Below, piece after piece: positions 1 through 12,119 of a DNA stretch of 64,000 nt. The stretch is from contig JAUCBJ010003670.1 of the NCBI GenBank assembly GCA_032718475.1, forward strand, positions 1 through 64,000, in the 5' to 3' direction. Origin of the DNA: Nemertoderma westbladi. Lineage: Eukaryota; Animalia; Xenacoelomorpha. The position numbers and the translations under genes were made by a program. The notes beneath the pieces were generated by a model, which saw only the letters and a program-made list of their open reading frames with translations, did not search any database and had not been told where the DNA came from. Position 1 is the first letter of the stretch. Each line of letters opens with the position of its first letter.

Positions 1-1170
1 CGACTTTGATTTCGTCCGGAGTTTCCACCCTTAGGTAGGCTACTATACCTTTTCCCATATCGCTGGCGTCTCCAAACACATGGAGTTGATAGGAATACGT
101 AGGGAGAACATGACCAAAATATGAACGGGAAATTATAAAGTTCTCGATGGCTGGTAGAGAATCTTCCCATTTCATCCACTTCTTTAATAATTCTCCCTTA
201 AGTGGATCGTCCCATGAGTGGTTTTCAAGCCACATTTGTTGTACTAAACTCCGAGCAATCAATATAACTGGGCTAATAAATCCCAATGGATCGAAATAAG
301 TGCTCAGGATACTTAAACAAATCCGTTTAGTCCGAACTGGATTATCTCGCTGTTTTAGTTGGAAAAACAGGATATCTCTTTCGGTGTCCCATTTCAAACC
401 AAGGGTCTTAGTTTCTGGGAGATCATCTTTTATTAGATCCAGGTCTTTCGCTCCTCGATCTTCTACCGGGATCGACTCCAGAAACTCACGGGAGTTGCTG
501 GTGAATTTAGTTAATCGAAATCCACCTCTTTTTAAGCACTCCACCGTTCCTTTAGCGACATCGATGGCTTCTTTGACTGATGGAAGGGACTTTAGATTGT
601 CGTCCATGTATATATCCCGCTTGATGTTGTCAATCACCTCTTTAGAGAAGGCGTCTCGGTTGTCATCCGCAGTGGTGCGCACCACGGAACAGGCGTTTGA
701 AGGGCTTGAGATTATCCCAAAAGCCTGGATGGTCATCCAGTACTCCACCGGTTTCTGGTTGAGGTCTCCTTCAGGCCACCACAGAAATCGTAGGCTGTCT
801 CGATCCCTATCCAGCGCCTTGACTTGTAAGGACATGCCTTCTATATCTGAGGCGAAAGCAATTGAATATTGTCTTAATCTTAAGAGTATTCCCAACAAGG
901 ATTGGAGTAAGTTGGGTCCGGGTAACAATTCAGAATTAAGGGATTGGCCCATATAGAGGGCGGAGCCGTCAAACACCACTCGTACCTCATGGGGTTTACC
1001 GGGTTTGGGAACATAATGGTGAGTTAAATAATACGTTCTCTCAGTTATAGGTGTTTCTTCCGGTACTAGCTCCGCATATCCCTTGCTAATAAATTTCTTC
1101 AACTGCGTTTGATACATTTCTTTAGCTGAAGAATTTGCCGTAAGGCGTCGATGTAGTTGAGCAATTCTTT
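1..1170 (-). pseudogene. BEL/Pao pol: reverse transcriptase and start of RNase H, frameshifted from gag-PR
   Basis: Minus-strand translation gives EVRVVFDGSA, LLPGPNLLQSLLGILLRLR, SDIEGM, LRFLWW, IYMDD, GGFRLTKF, KTLGLKWD, FDPLGFISP and LHVFGDAS, all typical BEL/Pao RT/RNase H motifs. Confidence 0.92.
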
Positions 1171-4100
1171 TCTCCGCCAAGGGTCCTTGTTTACGAACTT
1201 TGGTTCTCGCTTTCGGAAAGGTAGACCAATCTCATATCTACCTTGATCTTTAAGAAAACGTGTAGTTGTCTCTTGGATCTGCTTGGCTCTTTCTTCCTCT
1301 ACCGATAGGGCCTTATCGTAGGAATTGGGCTCTACAGCCTCTTGAGTAAAGAATCGTACAGCGTGTTCATCCCGAGTCTTGGCATTATAACGTTCAATGA
1401 CGTCATTAAGTTCGTCGTTATAGTCGTCTCGCTCTGATGGAAGAAGGAGCTGACATAAGTTCACTTGGTTTTGCCAAGTCTCGTTTTCCTTAAGGAGATC
1501 AATGGTATTCTCCTCGTCGAAAAGTTGGTGGACATCGTCATTATCTGAGGAGTATGGTGTTCCCTCAGTTGGATCATCTAACTCACTGCCCTCGACTTCC
1601 CATTCTCTCACTTGACATACCTGGTCTTTCGGTAATCTTTCCATGAGAGTTCTACGGGAAGGGCCAGTAAAGTACCAACCCACTCTAGTTCTTCCCGCAT
1701 AAGCTTGTAGTGGTTGCGGTTGAGCGGGCCGTTTCTCCAATGCCTCGAGCGCTTCATGCGCGTTTTGACCGATGAGTATTTGCACTCCAGGGTAATCGGT
1801 GTTGAATCTAGGTATTTCCAGCTGCTGGGTGAAATCGTCCTCATCCCAGTTATAAGGTTCCACTTGGGTGGTAGCAAAGTTCTTTATCGCCACCATTTTT
1901 ACTGACCTTATACTATGTTCTCCTAGTTCATCCTGCGGGGTGGACAATGCACCTACATAATAATCCGCTATTACTGTAGATTTCCAAACCTGCATAATTC
2001 CTGACATGTTTAGCTTAGTTCGGAACTTGGGTTGTCCAGCAAAGATGTCTTCGGCTAGTTCTTTGTCGATGAATGTTCCTGTACTACCGGAGTCAAGGAG
2101 GGCATTCACTACATAACTCCTTTTAGGTCCGTGGACCCTTACCTGTACTACAGGAAATTCTCGGATTCCTACATTGGAAGGTGGCGCTTTCCAAGATGGT
2201 TGTCGATCAGAAGTAGTTAGGGTGAGGTCGCTGTCTGTGTCCTTTTCATACGTAAGTGCTTGATACACTGCGGTATTTATCATGTAACAGGATTCACCTT
2301 CGTCGGAGAATTCATCTGTATAGAATCCTTCCATCTCAGAACTTTGATCAGTGTTGTTCACATCACTGAATTGGACATGTAGTTCGGAATCACTTACCTG
2401 ACTCTGGCTGTTTCGCTCAAATTCAGTGTGCAACAAGATATGATGTTTCGCACCGCACTTTGCACACCTTGTGTCGGAGTAACAGGTTCGCCGTTGGTGT
2501 CCTTGTCTGAGGCAATTATAACACAACCGCTTATCCCACATGACTTCCCGTCTCTCCATTAATGATTTCTTCAGGAATTCATCACACATATTCAAACGGT
2601 GGGTCCCGTCACATAGCGCACATTTCGGTTTGATGTTACTCACCTTATTTTGAATAACATTGTGCACACTCGTTCTTTCTTCGGGCTTTCTCACCTGAAT
2701 TCTCTTAGGAGATGTAGGAGGAGTTTTTCTTACCTGTTCTCTCCTGTCATTGGTTCGAGACTTGAATTTACTTACCTGTTCTTTAGGCGTTTTATTGACA
2801 TAATAAGATCTTTCAGTGTCCTTCCCGCTATCCTCCCCTTGAGAAGTCTGGCTTTCGCCGTCGTCGGTATAACACACTGGTGTTAACTTTCTCCTAGAAA
2901 CGGGTTTCTCACTTACCTTGTTTTCCGGTGTCTTCTCTCTGGACTGCTTTAGGAGCTGTAATTTCACTTCTCCATCTAAGAATGACATGAGATCAGCCAT
3001 GGTAGGGTCTCGTCGTTGTTGTTCCATCATATATAACACTTTCTTATCCCAGCGTGTACCTACTCCACCCTTCGGTAAAGTAGAAGCCACGGCTCCAATA
3101 ACCATAGAACTCTGATATTCATGAGACTTACCTAACCAATCTAATTGTCTACAGATTTCTTGAATCTCATCGGAAAACTCTATTATCCCGCTGCTAATGA
3201 ACTTTCGGGGCGCTACTAATTTTGCATACAAATACCTAGCTATGTTATTCCTATTACCATACCTGATGTTTAGGGTATCCCAAACTTGTCTTAATCCGTC
3301 TGGATGTCCAATAAACTTTAACGCCATTAACTTGGGAGATCCTTCCAAGCACTCGATGAGGAATCTAAGTTTCTCTCCATTAGATAGTACAGAGTTCTGT
3401 ATGTTATCTTTATAATATTCATTAAAAGGTAACCATTTCATCTCATCTCCATTGAACTTGACTATCTCTCCCACCTTTACCGCTTGACGGGCTTCGGTTC
3501 TAGCCATTTGACGCGTAAAACTTTCTTGGGCCATCGTGTTATTTAATATCGAGTTATCGGTATATAAATTTCTCGGATTATGATCAGGTCTATAGGGGAT
3601 ATCATTATCAACAGGTCTATAATTACCCTTAATAGGGTTTACTATAGGAGTTTCCACTTCACTAGCAGTATAGGTGCGTGTAGGCTCCACACCTTGCGCA
3701 TGAGATACTTCAGACCTAACAGGTTGACACATTGTTACCGGGGGTGGTGGTATACCCTTTTGTGTATTTACTAATTTATCGCGTTCTAATGTGATACTTT
3801 GCTGCACTTCTTGCAACTCTAACCTACTTTCCCTTACTGTGCCCTTGAACTGCTTAACAGTCTCCTGCATCTGCCCGAGCAGGAGATCCATCCCCCGCCG
3901 TCTCTCATCCACCCACTCGACCGCCGAAGCGGGAGCCGCCAACGTTGTAGCGGGCGGACGAGGGACAACGGGCGACAAATCATTAATTTTTCGCTCGGAG
4001 TCAGGGACATGAACATTTTCAGGGGTGGTTCTGTGGGACACAGGTAGCTTAGTGCTGTGCAGAGGGAATTTAGAGGTAGGTTCTGGGAGCACAGGTGTCT

Positions 4101-4761
4101 CTATCACCGAAGGGGTGATTTCAAGAACAGGCCTAATTATTTCAGGCTCATCTACTATAGTAGGGAGTCTTTCTATTTTAATTATTTGGTCTGTGGGTTC
4201 TGCACTACCTAAGTCTGTGTTAGTTAGTTGCCTTCTAACAGCTGGGGGCAAATCAGGCAATTTGTGACGGTGAGATGTTCTTCTACGCCTACTTAGACGA
4301 GATCTATTTCCTCCGCCTTCAGGATCGGTGGTATCGCCTTCCTCAGATGATGTATATCCCTGCCTTTTGGGAGTAGATCGACTCATCATCTGCATTTGAC
4401 TAGCTGTTAACTGTTTATTTATGCAGTCTTGATTCTCTTGAATATTTTCCAAATCTAGTTGGGCGATCTCTTCAGCCACTCTCCATTCTGCTTCTGCCAC
4501 CGCTATCTTTCTTTCCGCTTCTGCCGCTGCTGCCGCTTTTGCCTCTGCCGCTGCCGCTTTTGCCTCTGCCGCAGCTTCTGCCGCTGCCGCTTTTGCCTCT
4601 GCCGCTGCTTCTGCCGCCTTTCTTTCTGCTTCTGCTTCTGCTGCTGCCGCTGCTGCTATCTTTCTGTCTTCTATACGTTTTTTCTTTACTTGTTCTTCTT
4701 GGACTTTAGCGATGCGGAGGCGTTTATCAAATTTAGCTTGGTTCGCAGCTCTCATATCCAC
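1099..4761 (-). CDS. BEL/Pao Gag plus aspartic protease (1220 aa; frameshift near the end separates it from RT)
   Basis: KFNGDEMKWLPF...EKLRFLIECLEG (DUF1759-like). Knuckles CALCDGTHRLNMC, CYNCLRQGHQRRTC and CAKCGAKHHILLH. Protease motif ALLDSGS. GRTRVGWYFTG and RYEIGLPF. Confidence 0.9.
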   Translation of the reverse strand: MDMRAANQAKFDKRLRIAKVQEEQVKKKRIEDRKIAAAAAAEAEAERKAAEAAAEAKAAAAEAAAEAKAAAAEAKAAAAAEAERKIAVAEAEWRVAEEIAQLDLENIQENQDCINKQLTASQMQMMSRSTPKRQGYTSSEEGDTTDPEGGGNRSRLSRRRRTSHRHKLPDLPPAVRRQLTNTDLGSAEPTDQIIKIERLPTIVDEPEIIRPVLEITPSVIETPVLPEPTSKFPLHSTKLPVSHRTTPENVHVPDSERKINDLSPVVPRPPATTLAAPASAVEWVDERRRGMDLLLGQMQETVKQFKGTVRESRLELQEVQQSITLERDKLVNTQKGIPPPPVTMCQPVRSEVSHAQGVEPTRTYTASEVETPIVNPIKGNYRPVDNDIPYRPDHNPRNLYTDNSILNNTMAQESFTRQMARTEARQAVKVGEIVKFNGDEMKWLPFNEYYKDNIQNSVLSNGEKLRFLIECLEGSPKLMALKFIGHPDGLRQVWDTLNIRYGNRNNIARYLYAKLVAPRKFISSGIIEFSDEIQEICRQLDWLGKSHEYQSSMVIGAVASTLPKGGVGTRWDKKVLYMMEQQRRDPTMADLMSFLDGEVKLQLLKQSREKTPENKVSEKPVSRRKLTPVCYTDDGESQTSQGEDSGKDTERSYYVNKTPKEQVSKFKSRTNDRREQVRKTPPTSPKRIQVRKPEERTSVHNVIQNKVSNIKPKCALCDGTHRLNMCDEFLKKSLMERREVMWDKRLCYNCLRQGHQRRTCYSDTRCAKCGAKHHILLHTEFERNSQSQVSDSELHVQFSDVNNTDQSSEMEGFYTDEFSDEGESCYMINTAVYQALTYEKDTDSDLTLTTSDRQPSWKAPPSNVGIREFPVVQVRVHGPKRSYVVNALLDSGSTGTFIDKELAEDIFAGQPKFRTKLNMSGIMQVWKSTVIADYYVGALSTPQDELGEHSIRSVKMVAIKNFATTQVEPYNWDEDDFTQQLEIPRFNTDYPGVQILIGQNAHEALEALEKRPAQPQPLQAYAGRTRVGWYFTGPSRRTLMERLPKDQVCQVREWEVEGSELDDPTEGTPYSSDNDDVHQLFDEENTIDLLKENETWQNQVNLCQLLLPSERDDYNDELNDVIERYNAKTRDEHAVRFFTQEAVEPNSYDKALSVEEERAKQIQETTTRFLKDQGRYEIGLPFRKREPKFVNKDPWRRKELLNYIDALRQILQLKKCIKRS

Positions 4762-4816
4762 ATCGATGGACTATTAGGGCTAAGTCCATCTAGCCTTCTC
4801 CTCAACTCTTCATCAC

Positions 4817-5809
4817 CTAAAAAACGTTGATAGTCTGACAGATAGATGTCAATGGCATCCCTCTTATGCGGTTTCTCTGCCGTCGCTTCACTTTCCACTT
4901 GGGAAAATTAGCGTCTGTTGATTCTCCATGGGTTGAGCGCTCATCTAGTTGAACTTTCCACTGAGCCGTTCCTTGAACCTGGAGACTCACCCGTTGAAAC
5001 CAAGTCTTTACGGCAACTTGCAGCGACGTGTCTTGTCTTCTTTTAGAAGCCTCCTCAAAGGCCGATAAGATTAGCCTGATTCGCAGAATTCTTTCTCTAA
5101 CTTGATAAAGCAGCTGTCCCTGCTCTTGAGGTCCTTGGGGTTTTTGAAACAGTTGTTCCTTTAATCGCTCCATAGAGCTGAAGAATCCCTGTACGTATCC
5201 GGCTGCGGACCTCTTCCACACAGCTGGATCGATGGTTTCCTTGGTTACTCCCATCCTGTGTATGTCTTCCCAGGCAGCTTCTGATAAATCAAACGGGAGT
5301 CCGGGTCCGGGGAAGTTCCATTGCGACTCGACAATAGACTTCAGTTCTTCCCTTGTATATCCCGCATAACTATCTTTAGTCGATCGCTTATTTCTCGCCC
5401 AATCGATCTGGTGTTCTTCCACCGCAATCAATAACCTAGTGAGTACGGCTGCAGGAAGGATGAGAAGGGGATCCGAATAAACCGCATCCGTCATCTTTGC
5501 TCCGCGCTCGGGTGTCAGCTCTACAGTATCCTCACTACTGGAGCTGTCGGGCCGTTGAGAAATAAGTTCTTGGCTCGCGGGTTGTTGCTGTTCCGCTGCT
5601 TCTTGGTCCCGCTTGACCTGAGCTCGAGTGCCTATGATAGACCTACGATGTTGGACTACCCTAGGGTCTGATATTACTACGGGAGGGATGATCTTTCTTA
5701 CAGTAGGAGGTGAGTTGAACTTCGGTCCTACACGTTCCACACTCCTGTCTGGGTCACATATGGTTGTATCTAGGAGACTGTCTGACAGGTTTTGCTTTGT
5801 GTCAGACAT
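4817..5809 (-). CDS. Upstream ORF of the BEL element, probably the frameshifted Gag N-terminus
   Basis: 330-aa ATG-initiated ORF ending 55 nt before the Gag ORF on the same strand. No recognisable domain. Confidence 0.5.
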   Translation of the reverse strand: MSDTKQNLSDSLLDTTICDPDRSVERVGPKFNSPPTVRKIIPPVVISDPRVVQHRRSIIGTRAQVKRDQEAAEQQQPASQELISQRPDSSSSEDTVELTPERGAKMTDAVYSDPLLILPAAVLTRLLIAVEEHQIDWARNKRSTKDSYAGYTREELKSIVESQWNFPGPGLPFDLSEAAWEDIHRMGVTKETIDPAVWKRSAAGYVQGFFSSMERLKEQLFQKPQGPQEQGQLLYQVRERILRIRLILSAFEEASKRRQDTSLQVAVKTWFQRVSLQVQGTAQWKVQLDERSTHGESTDANFPKWKVKRRQRNRIRGMPLTSICQTINVF

Positions 5810-5884
5810 GTTGGTTTGTACAGTTGAATGCCTACTGCTATATTACAGTTTAAGCAAGTCTAGTAATTCCGTATCACCGTTAGC

Positions 5885-6315
5885 CTAGTAATTAATTACC
5901 GATACTGCTACTCAGTGTAGCGTGATATATATATAATATATTAGAATACCGGTATGCTTATAGTATATATAAGTATTATTACAGACTAGGTTTGTCACAG
6001 AATACCGGTAGGTAATTTCAGCACAAATATATATAAATATATAATAGGCCTATCGTGAATACCGGTATGCAGTTTACACTTATAGTATATATAAGTATAA
6101 TTATTAACTAGAATTAATTACAGAATACCGGTATAATTACAGCCTAAATTTATAAATATATAATAGGCCTATCGTAAATACCGGTATACAGCTTACACTT
6201 ATAATGTATATATATAAGTATAATTACAGACTAGAATTAATTACAGAATACCGGTATGATTTCAGCCTAAATTTATAGAAATAAATATAATAAGCCTATC
6301 GTGAATACCGGTATG
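5885..6315. repeat. Degenerate ~120-bp tandem repeats in the BEL 5' UTR
   Basis: GAATACCGGTA recurs about every 60 bp. TAATAGGCCTATCGTGAATACCGGTAT and CTAGAATTAATTACAGAATACCGGTA alternate. Confidence 0.8.
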
Positions 6316-8399
6316 TCAATTATTTTGGAATAATTGAATTTCTGAAATTTAAGGGTTACTTGGTTACTTTAACTTACTTTATTACCGTTATTTAAGCAGT
6401 AGTCCAACTGATATTTAGACCTAATTGATGTATGGCAGGCCTACTATTTATAAATCGTTTGAGTTGATTTATAATATATATATACCCGTTAAAATGGGTT
6501 TTTGTCAATATTTGAAATAAATGTTATTATTTCTGGGGGGAGTCACTACACAGAAGCTGTGCGCTCTCAGTGGAGTGCTACTTGTTGGACACTAAAACAA
6601 ATAATTCTAATTTACCTAAGTTACTTAATACTACAAATTACGTACAATTCGGGGTGAGATTACAATCTCTAAATAAACACAAAAATTTACAAGTACGAAT
6701 TTTTAGGGTAATTTTACAAGAAGTCTACTAACCAGCCTAACAAAGGGTTAGAATATCTGGTTATTACAACGGACAGGTTACTACGGTATTTGAAAATAAT
6801 AAGTAGTAGTAAATATACTGCGTTGTCCAGATAGGAAAATCCACCGTCTGACGACTTATAGCCGTGGCACTATAAGTACTACGTTATGTATCACGGAGTG
6901 TTCCTACCTAGAAGTTAATTACCGCGGTCTACCAGAACCAACGTGCCAACCAACTGCCTACACACTAATCACCTTCGGAAAGCACTGTACACTAAACCCT
7001 AAATTAGGTACTAGTACTTATACAACAAATAATCAGTAGTTAAAAATACTTGAACAGCTAAAAGAACCACGGTATCTGCCGGAGTGACCAAAGCATAAAG
7101 TCTCCAGACCTTTAGCAGTTTAACCTGCCAAATTGGGATGTCTTCTAGATAATAGATCGTCTTTAGCCTATGACAAGTATTTGATACACTACATTAGCCG
7201 AAACCAGTCTATGCGCGATCATTCACCCGCTGGATATACCCGGGAGACTGGATTCGGAAGCCTAACCGTATTGCGGGGTAGGCCTACTGTATTATTCGAC
7301 TGATCGTAATATATATATAATCTCTGACAAATATTATTCACTTTCGGGAAATATTAACAGTTCCTTTAGGACGTGGCGCTTTAAATATATAAACAGAGTT
7401 ATGACTTAAACTAGACACAACGGGATGGCTATAGATTCACGTATATGGCGCATTCTTTAGGAGATGCTTTGTTATCAATCACAATCATACACAATACTGC
7501 ACAATGCTGCACACTAATCTGCCGACCTTCACTAATTTTAGTCACATATAAGGAGAACAACAGACAATACGTGTAGGGCCTATAAAATAGCATTAGATTC
7601 ACTTCAAACCACTTAATGTAAGTCGCAATCGTTATATGTAACCGGTCTCTCTAACCTTTAGTATATCAAGAAGATTGGGGTGTCTGATTATTTATCAGTA
7701 TTCCAAATATAATATTCCATCAACAAATATAATGAATAACCGACAGTAAATAGCAGTACAAAGTTTAAGGTGTGAATGGTTATGAATGCAGAATTGGTAT
7801 GAGATATGATATGTTATGTGAGATAACAGATATACGTTCTATAATTAAGCCTACTAATGTTGAGCTAAAGACTGAAACACGGAGGTTCCAAAGCCGGTGT
7901 TGTAGGCTGTGGACAAAATCACATACTGACTCAACTCCACGAGTTTCTATATACAATCTCCAACACAGAGGCAAAAAACGCTCTGATTGGTCGACCGAAC
8001 AAAGAAGGAACAGAGAACAAAGAAAAGCTACACGTGTACAGCATCAGCTGTTAGCCGTCGTCATGGCAGCTACACTGTTTCAAGAGGATCCGGCGTATTG
8101 CGTCATAGAATTGCTAATTATGTCCGCTAAAGTACACATACAGAAGAAATGGCTTTTATGTCCTCTAAAACACTAGTACAGTAAGGACACGGCCTTTTAT
8201 GCCTGTTAAACCAACTACAGAGTACTTTACGGGGAAAATAACCGGCTAATTCCGCAAAAGCCTTTACAAGTCCATAGCTTTCCAGTTCGCTTCTTGAACT
8301 GGATTCCAGCCGAAAACAATCCATTTCCAGAGATAAAATCCTGTAGATGGACGGAATTTCGGTTATAACTATCGCTCTAGACCCAGGGCGATGTAGGTG

Positions 8400-9621
8400 A
8401 TTGAGGCAGACTTGCATTAAAGTCTCCCAGGAATGTTAAGAATACATGCTGGTCCACTCCATCGGTAGCTGCTTGTAGATTGTGGTAGAAATTTTCCACC
8501 TCCCTACAGGGGCAACACTAGTTGAAAAGTAGCACACAATCAGAACCACCTTAGGAAACTTCTTAGCCAGTCTTCCGGAACATGAGAAGTAGCAATGGAT
8601 GATGCGGTTAGAGATTTTGTCTATTTTATCCAATGCTGCATGTGTAGTTGGATTCATCAATAGACCAATTCCACCATTGCCACTATCATCTGCTGATGCG
8701 AGGGCGAATCGCCAACCGCCCCCCATGTCCTAAATCAGATCCTCATCAGTCTGTCCAGTCTACATTCGGTGCTCTTGAAAACCCACTGCGCTAAGAGAAA
8801 GCTTATCTGCCAAGGCAGTCTATCTGCTCACCTTGTCGCATTGGAGACCCGAGTGTTAGGGTGTTAACTGAGGCTAGTCTAGTGACTTGCCTCAGATTCA
8901 CCAATGGCTTGGTTGGTTGGGGTAGAACATGAGAGTAGCCTCCAACTCCAGAATCCCTCTCCCTCTCACAATCTGGCTTCCCTGGTGACCCAGGGTTTGG
9001 GCCAGAAAGGTCATCAGGAAAGGGACTCACATAATTGTTGGCCGCTCTCTCTCCAGTAGGGGGTGAGACAGGCAGCCGGTCAGGAGATAACTGACGCCTG
9101 TGAGGCCGATTGTATCCGTTAATTCCACTAGCCTCAAGTGGCCGGACCTCCGCATTACTAATGTAATCCATAGTGGGGGTTGGGGCGTGCTTTTTTGCCG
9201 TGTCAGCTCTCGGGTCAAATACCACACCCTGGTTTGCCATTCCACAGGGTGGGTGTCGCAATGGAGTCAGATATGAGGCCCATCACCCATATCTACTCTG
9301 GCGTATATGACCCACCATTGGCTATGCAACTCATTTGCTGGGCCATGCCCTGTACCCTTGCTGCCAGATGCAGGTCGCAGTGAAGTGCACTCAGAGTGGA
9401 CATGAGAACACTCTACTCCTGACCAGCCATTGATCACGACCAAGATCACGATCTGCCTGGACAGGTCATATACCCCTGCAGCTAAGTATATGGGTCCTTA
9501 ATCCAGGGCCAAGGGCGTCCTTATCCCAGAACGAAGGTGTCCTAGTTACACGACCAGATTTGCCCTAGTAAGAGGGTCTATGCAGCCACAGGTGGCACCT
9601 CCTTTATGCTGCATGGGGGGC
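8400..9621 (-). mobile_element. RTE-clade LINE, 5' fragment (5' UTR and APE endonuclease start)
   Basis: RLASVNTLTL, VGFQEHR, GNGGIGLLM, ISNRII and LIVCY are APE endonuclease motifs across frameshifts. The minus-strand 5' end reads GCCCCCCATGCAGC. Confidence 0.75.
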
Positions 9622-9875
9622 AATTTTCTTGATTAATGATCTAGAATTCCTGACATGACCCCTTGTTGGATTACCTAACCATTGACAACCAAAATATAGC
9701 CAAGAAATTATTCTCTGAAAAAAGATCACCACACAATTCCACAAGTTTAACACTCCTCTAGATAAAATTACATTTGTCACGTAAAAATTCGTTCCACCCA
9801 GGAACAGTAAATGGAACGTTGTATCAAATTGTAAATTTAGACCTAGATTTATATATTTAATTATTATATTTCCAG

Positions 9876-11756
9876 GTTTCTGCATTCAGTTTATGTGTGA
9901 TTACCACAGATCGGTTGCTTCTTATTGTTTACCCGATAATGTATCAAAGGAAAATGAAGACTAAATTTACTTTTATTTTTATTTTCATTGCGATTTTTCT
10001 TGGCGTTGCTGTTCAAATTCCTGCTTGGGATTATGTCGGGTTGGTTACTTTGCAGTACTACATTCATAATGGCATCTCATACAATAATATTCCATTATTG
10101 TCGAATGTTATTATTACTAAAGAATGACAATTCATGTTCATGTTCATGTCATGTATTCCACAGACCAGTTTTATTGGCCCAGTTGTGGTAAAAAGCCCCT
10201 TAACTTTAAGGAGAAATTTATTTAAAAATTATGAAAGAATGATTCTGGAATTTCAATTATTGTAACGGAAGTTTCGTTCAGTTATTCAATAAGTTTTGGT
10301 TTTAATATTGAAATGAAGTGCTGCTAACTTAATGTTAAGAGAACTTTGAACAACAATCTGTCCCAATACGATTATTTCTTCTAGCTTTGATGATGATTAT
10401 AAATGCATAAGATATAGAATGCCTTGGCTCCCGCTATATTTTGTTATAATACGGCCATTTCCACAAGTTATTTACATGGGAATTTGTTATGCAGCAATAT
10501 ATCTTAAACTTATTGCTTCTGGGAAGGCATCTTCAATAAAAGGTATGTTTATGGTAAGAACGTGTTCACTGGTTTCTGATAAAAATTCATCGCCTTATGT
10601 AATGTATCAGTTCTTATATGAATGTGATAATGTGAATATAGGTAAAGAACATATCAGGCAGCAGATTGGATACTTTTTACCACAGACACTCTGCATAGTG
10701 TGCAATCTCAAATAATTTTTTTATAATACTCTTCCTTCGGGGCATTGCTGCATATTGTACAGGAATTTTATTAATTACAGGAGATAAAAGGTCTACAAAT
10801 ATTATTCGCACAGCTTTGATTTGTTCAATTTTCTTTGGTATTTGTTGGATTCCAAATTCGATTACCCAAATTCAAAGATTTGTCACAGGATACGTGGTAA
10901 GTGACCATCACTATTAAAGCAAGTACAGATAGTGTAGACAGGACTTTATACTTTATTATTATATATTATTTTTTATAATATTTTTTATTTTATTATTTTG
11001 CATATTATTATTCTATTAGATTTTTTTAAACCGTTAAAATCGACAAAAAAATATGTGAGCAGAAAAGTATAGGACATTTCATATTTTGCTATATTTTTCG
11101 TATTTTTTTCCTGGAATCACCCAAAATACCCAAAATACAAAATACGTAAAAAATCACAACTCTCCGCAGCAAGTCAAGTTTACTGGATATTATCACATCA
11201 TTATTATTATAATCAACATTATTATAGCATCAGTTGGGGTGGCACCCAATTGTGTACAGACTTTTGAACTGGGTTGACAGATTGTGTCATAGGTGCGTGT
11301 AGCAAGAGTTGTATTATAGTGTGGGCTGATCATTCAGATTAGGATTTCGAATGGAACTGTGTCATCATCACATGTAGACACAAATATGCTGAACATACGT
11401 GATCGTGAGACGGAATAGAAGGCCTTAATAAAGTCAACAGAGATAACAGCGATTCATCGAAGCGATTCATACATTGATGTTATTTATTTGTAACACAACT
11501 AAATTTCTATATATTCTAGGCGTATTGATAATATAACTGAACTACTAAAGATATCTTTAGTAGGTCATCATCAGCAGTTTAAATGCTGTCTTGTTTATTA
11601 CTAATGCAATTGTTTCAGCATCCTACGGGGACTCCTATACATGTGTTCGTTCGCATCATGGTTCTCATCAACATATTCTGCAACCCAATTATCTATTCCG
11701 CTCAGCTTAAAAGTTTCCAGAATCGTGCTAAAAAGATGTTTAGCAGAATCAATTAG
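9876..11756 (+). CDS. Host rhodopsin-class (class A) GPCR, TM3-TM7. Exons 9876-10039, 10385-10542, 10781-10896, 11619-11756
   Basis: GT-AG introns with compatible phases (2,1,0) splice into one frame: VSAFSLCVITTDRLLLIVYP (TM3, DRY-like), DDYKC (ECL2 Cys), ICYAAIY (TM5), FGICWIP (TM6 CWxP), INIFCNPIIY (TM7 NPxxY). Stop TAG at 11754-11756. 5' exons not resolved. Confidence 0.88.
11345..11455 (-). mobile_element. Short RTE RT relic in the last GPCR intron
   Basis: Clear nucleotide similarity to the RTE copy at ~23700-23875 (tatgctgaacatacgtga...aaggcctt...aagtcaaca). Confidence 0.7.
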
Positions 11757-12119
11757 ATAAATGGCACCTCATCATATAAAGAAGGTGTAATGAATATATG
11801 ACGATAATAAACATATATGAAGGAAAATATTTATTATTTATGGTGATATATATTTCGGTACTTTTGCGAACAATTACATATATTTAAAGGAAATTATTTA
11901 TTATTTATTGTGATATATATTTCAGTATTTTTGCCACATAATTAAAAATATATATGAAGAAAAATATTTAATATTTATGGTGATATATATTTCAGTATTT
12001 CTGAGACCTAATTACATATATATGAATAAAGGTATTTATTATTTATTGTGATAAATATATTGCATTGTTTGAGAAAACTTATTACATATATTTCAGAAAA
12101 AGGATTTAGTATTTTTGTT

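Larger units (their letters stand above)
1..8170 (-). mobile_element. BEL/Pao LTR retrotransposon, 5' part (continues past the left edge; 5' LTR boundary uncertain)
   Basis: Gag (DUF1759-like, three Cys/His knuckles), protease, RT and RNase H in BEL order on the minus strand. The right boundary is approximate because the second LTR is outside the window. Confidence 0.85.

Noticed and set aside
300-956. 218-aa plus-strand ORF
   Set aside because: Antisense shadow of the BEL reverse transcriptase.
6900-8180. Exact 5' LTR and PBS of the first BEL element
   Set aside because: Several candidate TG/CA ends and TGG sites exist, but the partner LTR is outside the window, so none can be supported.
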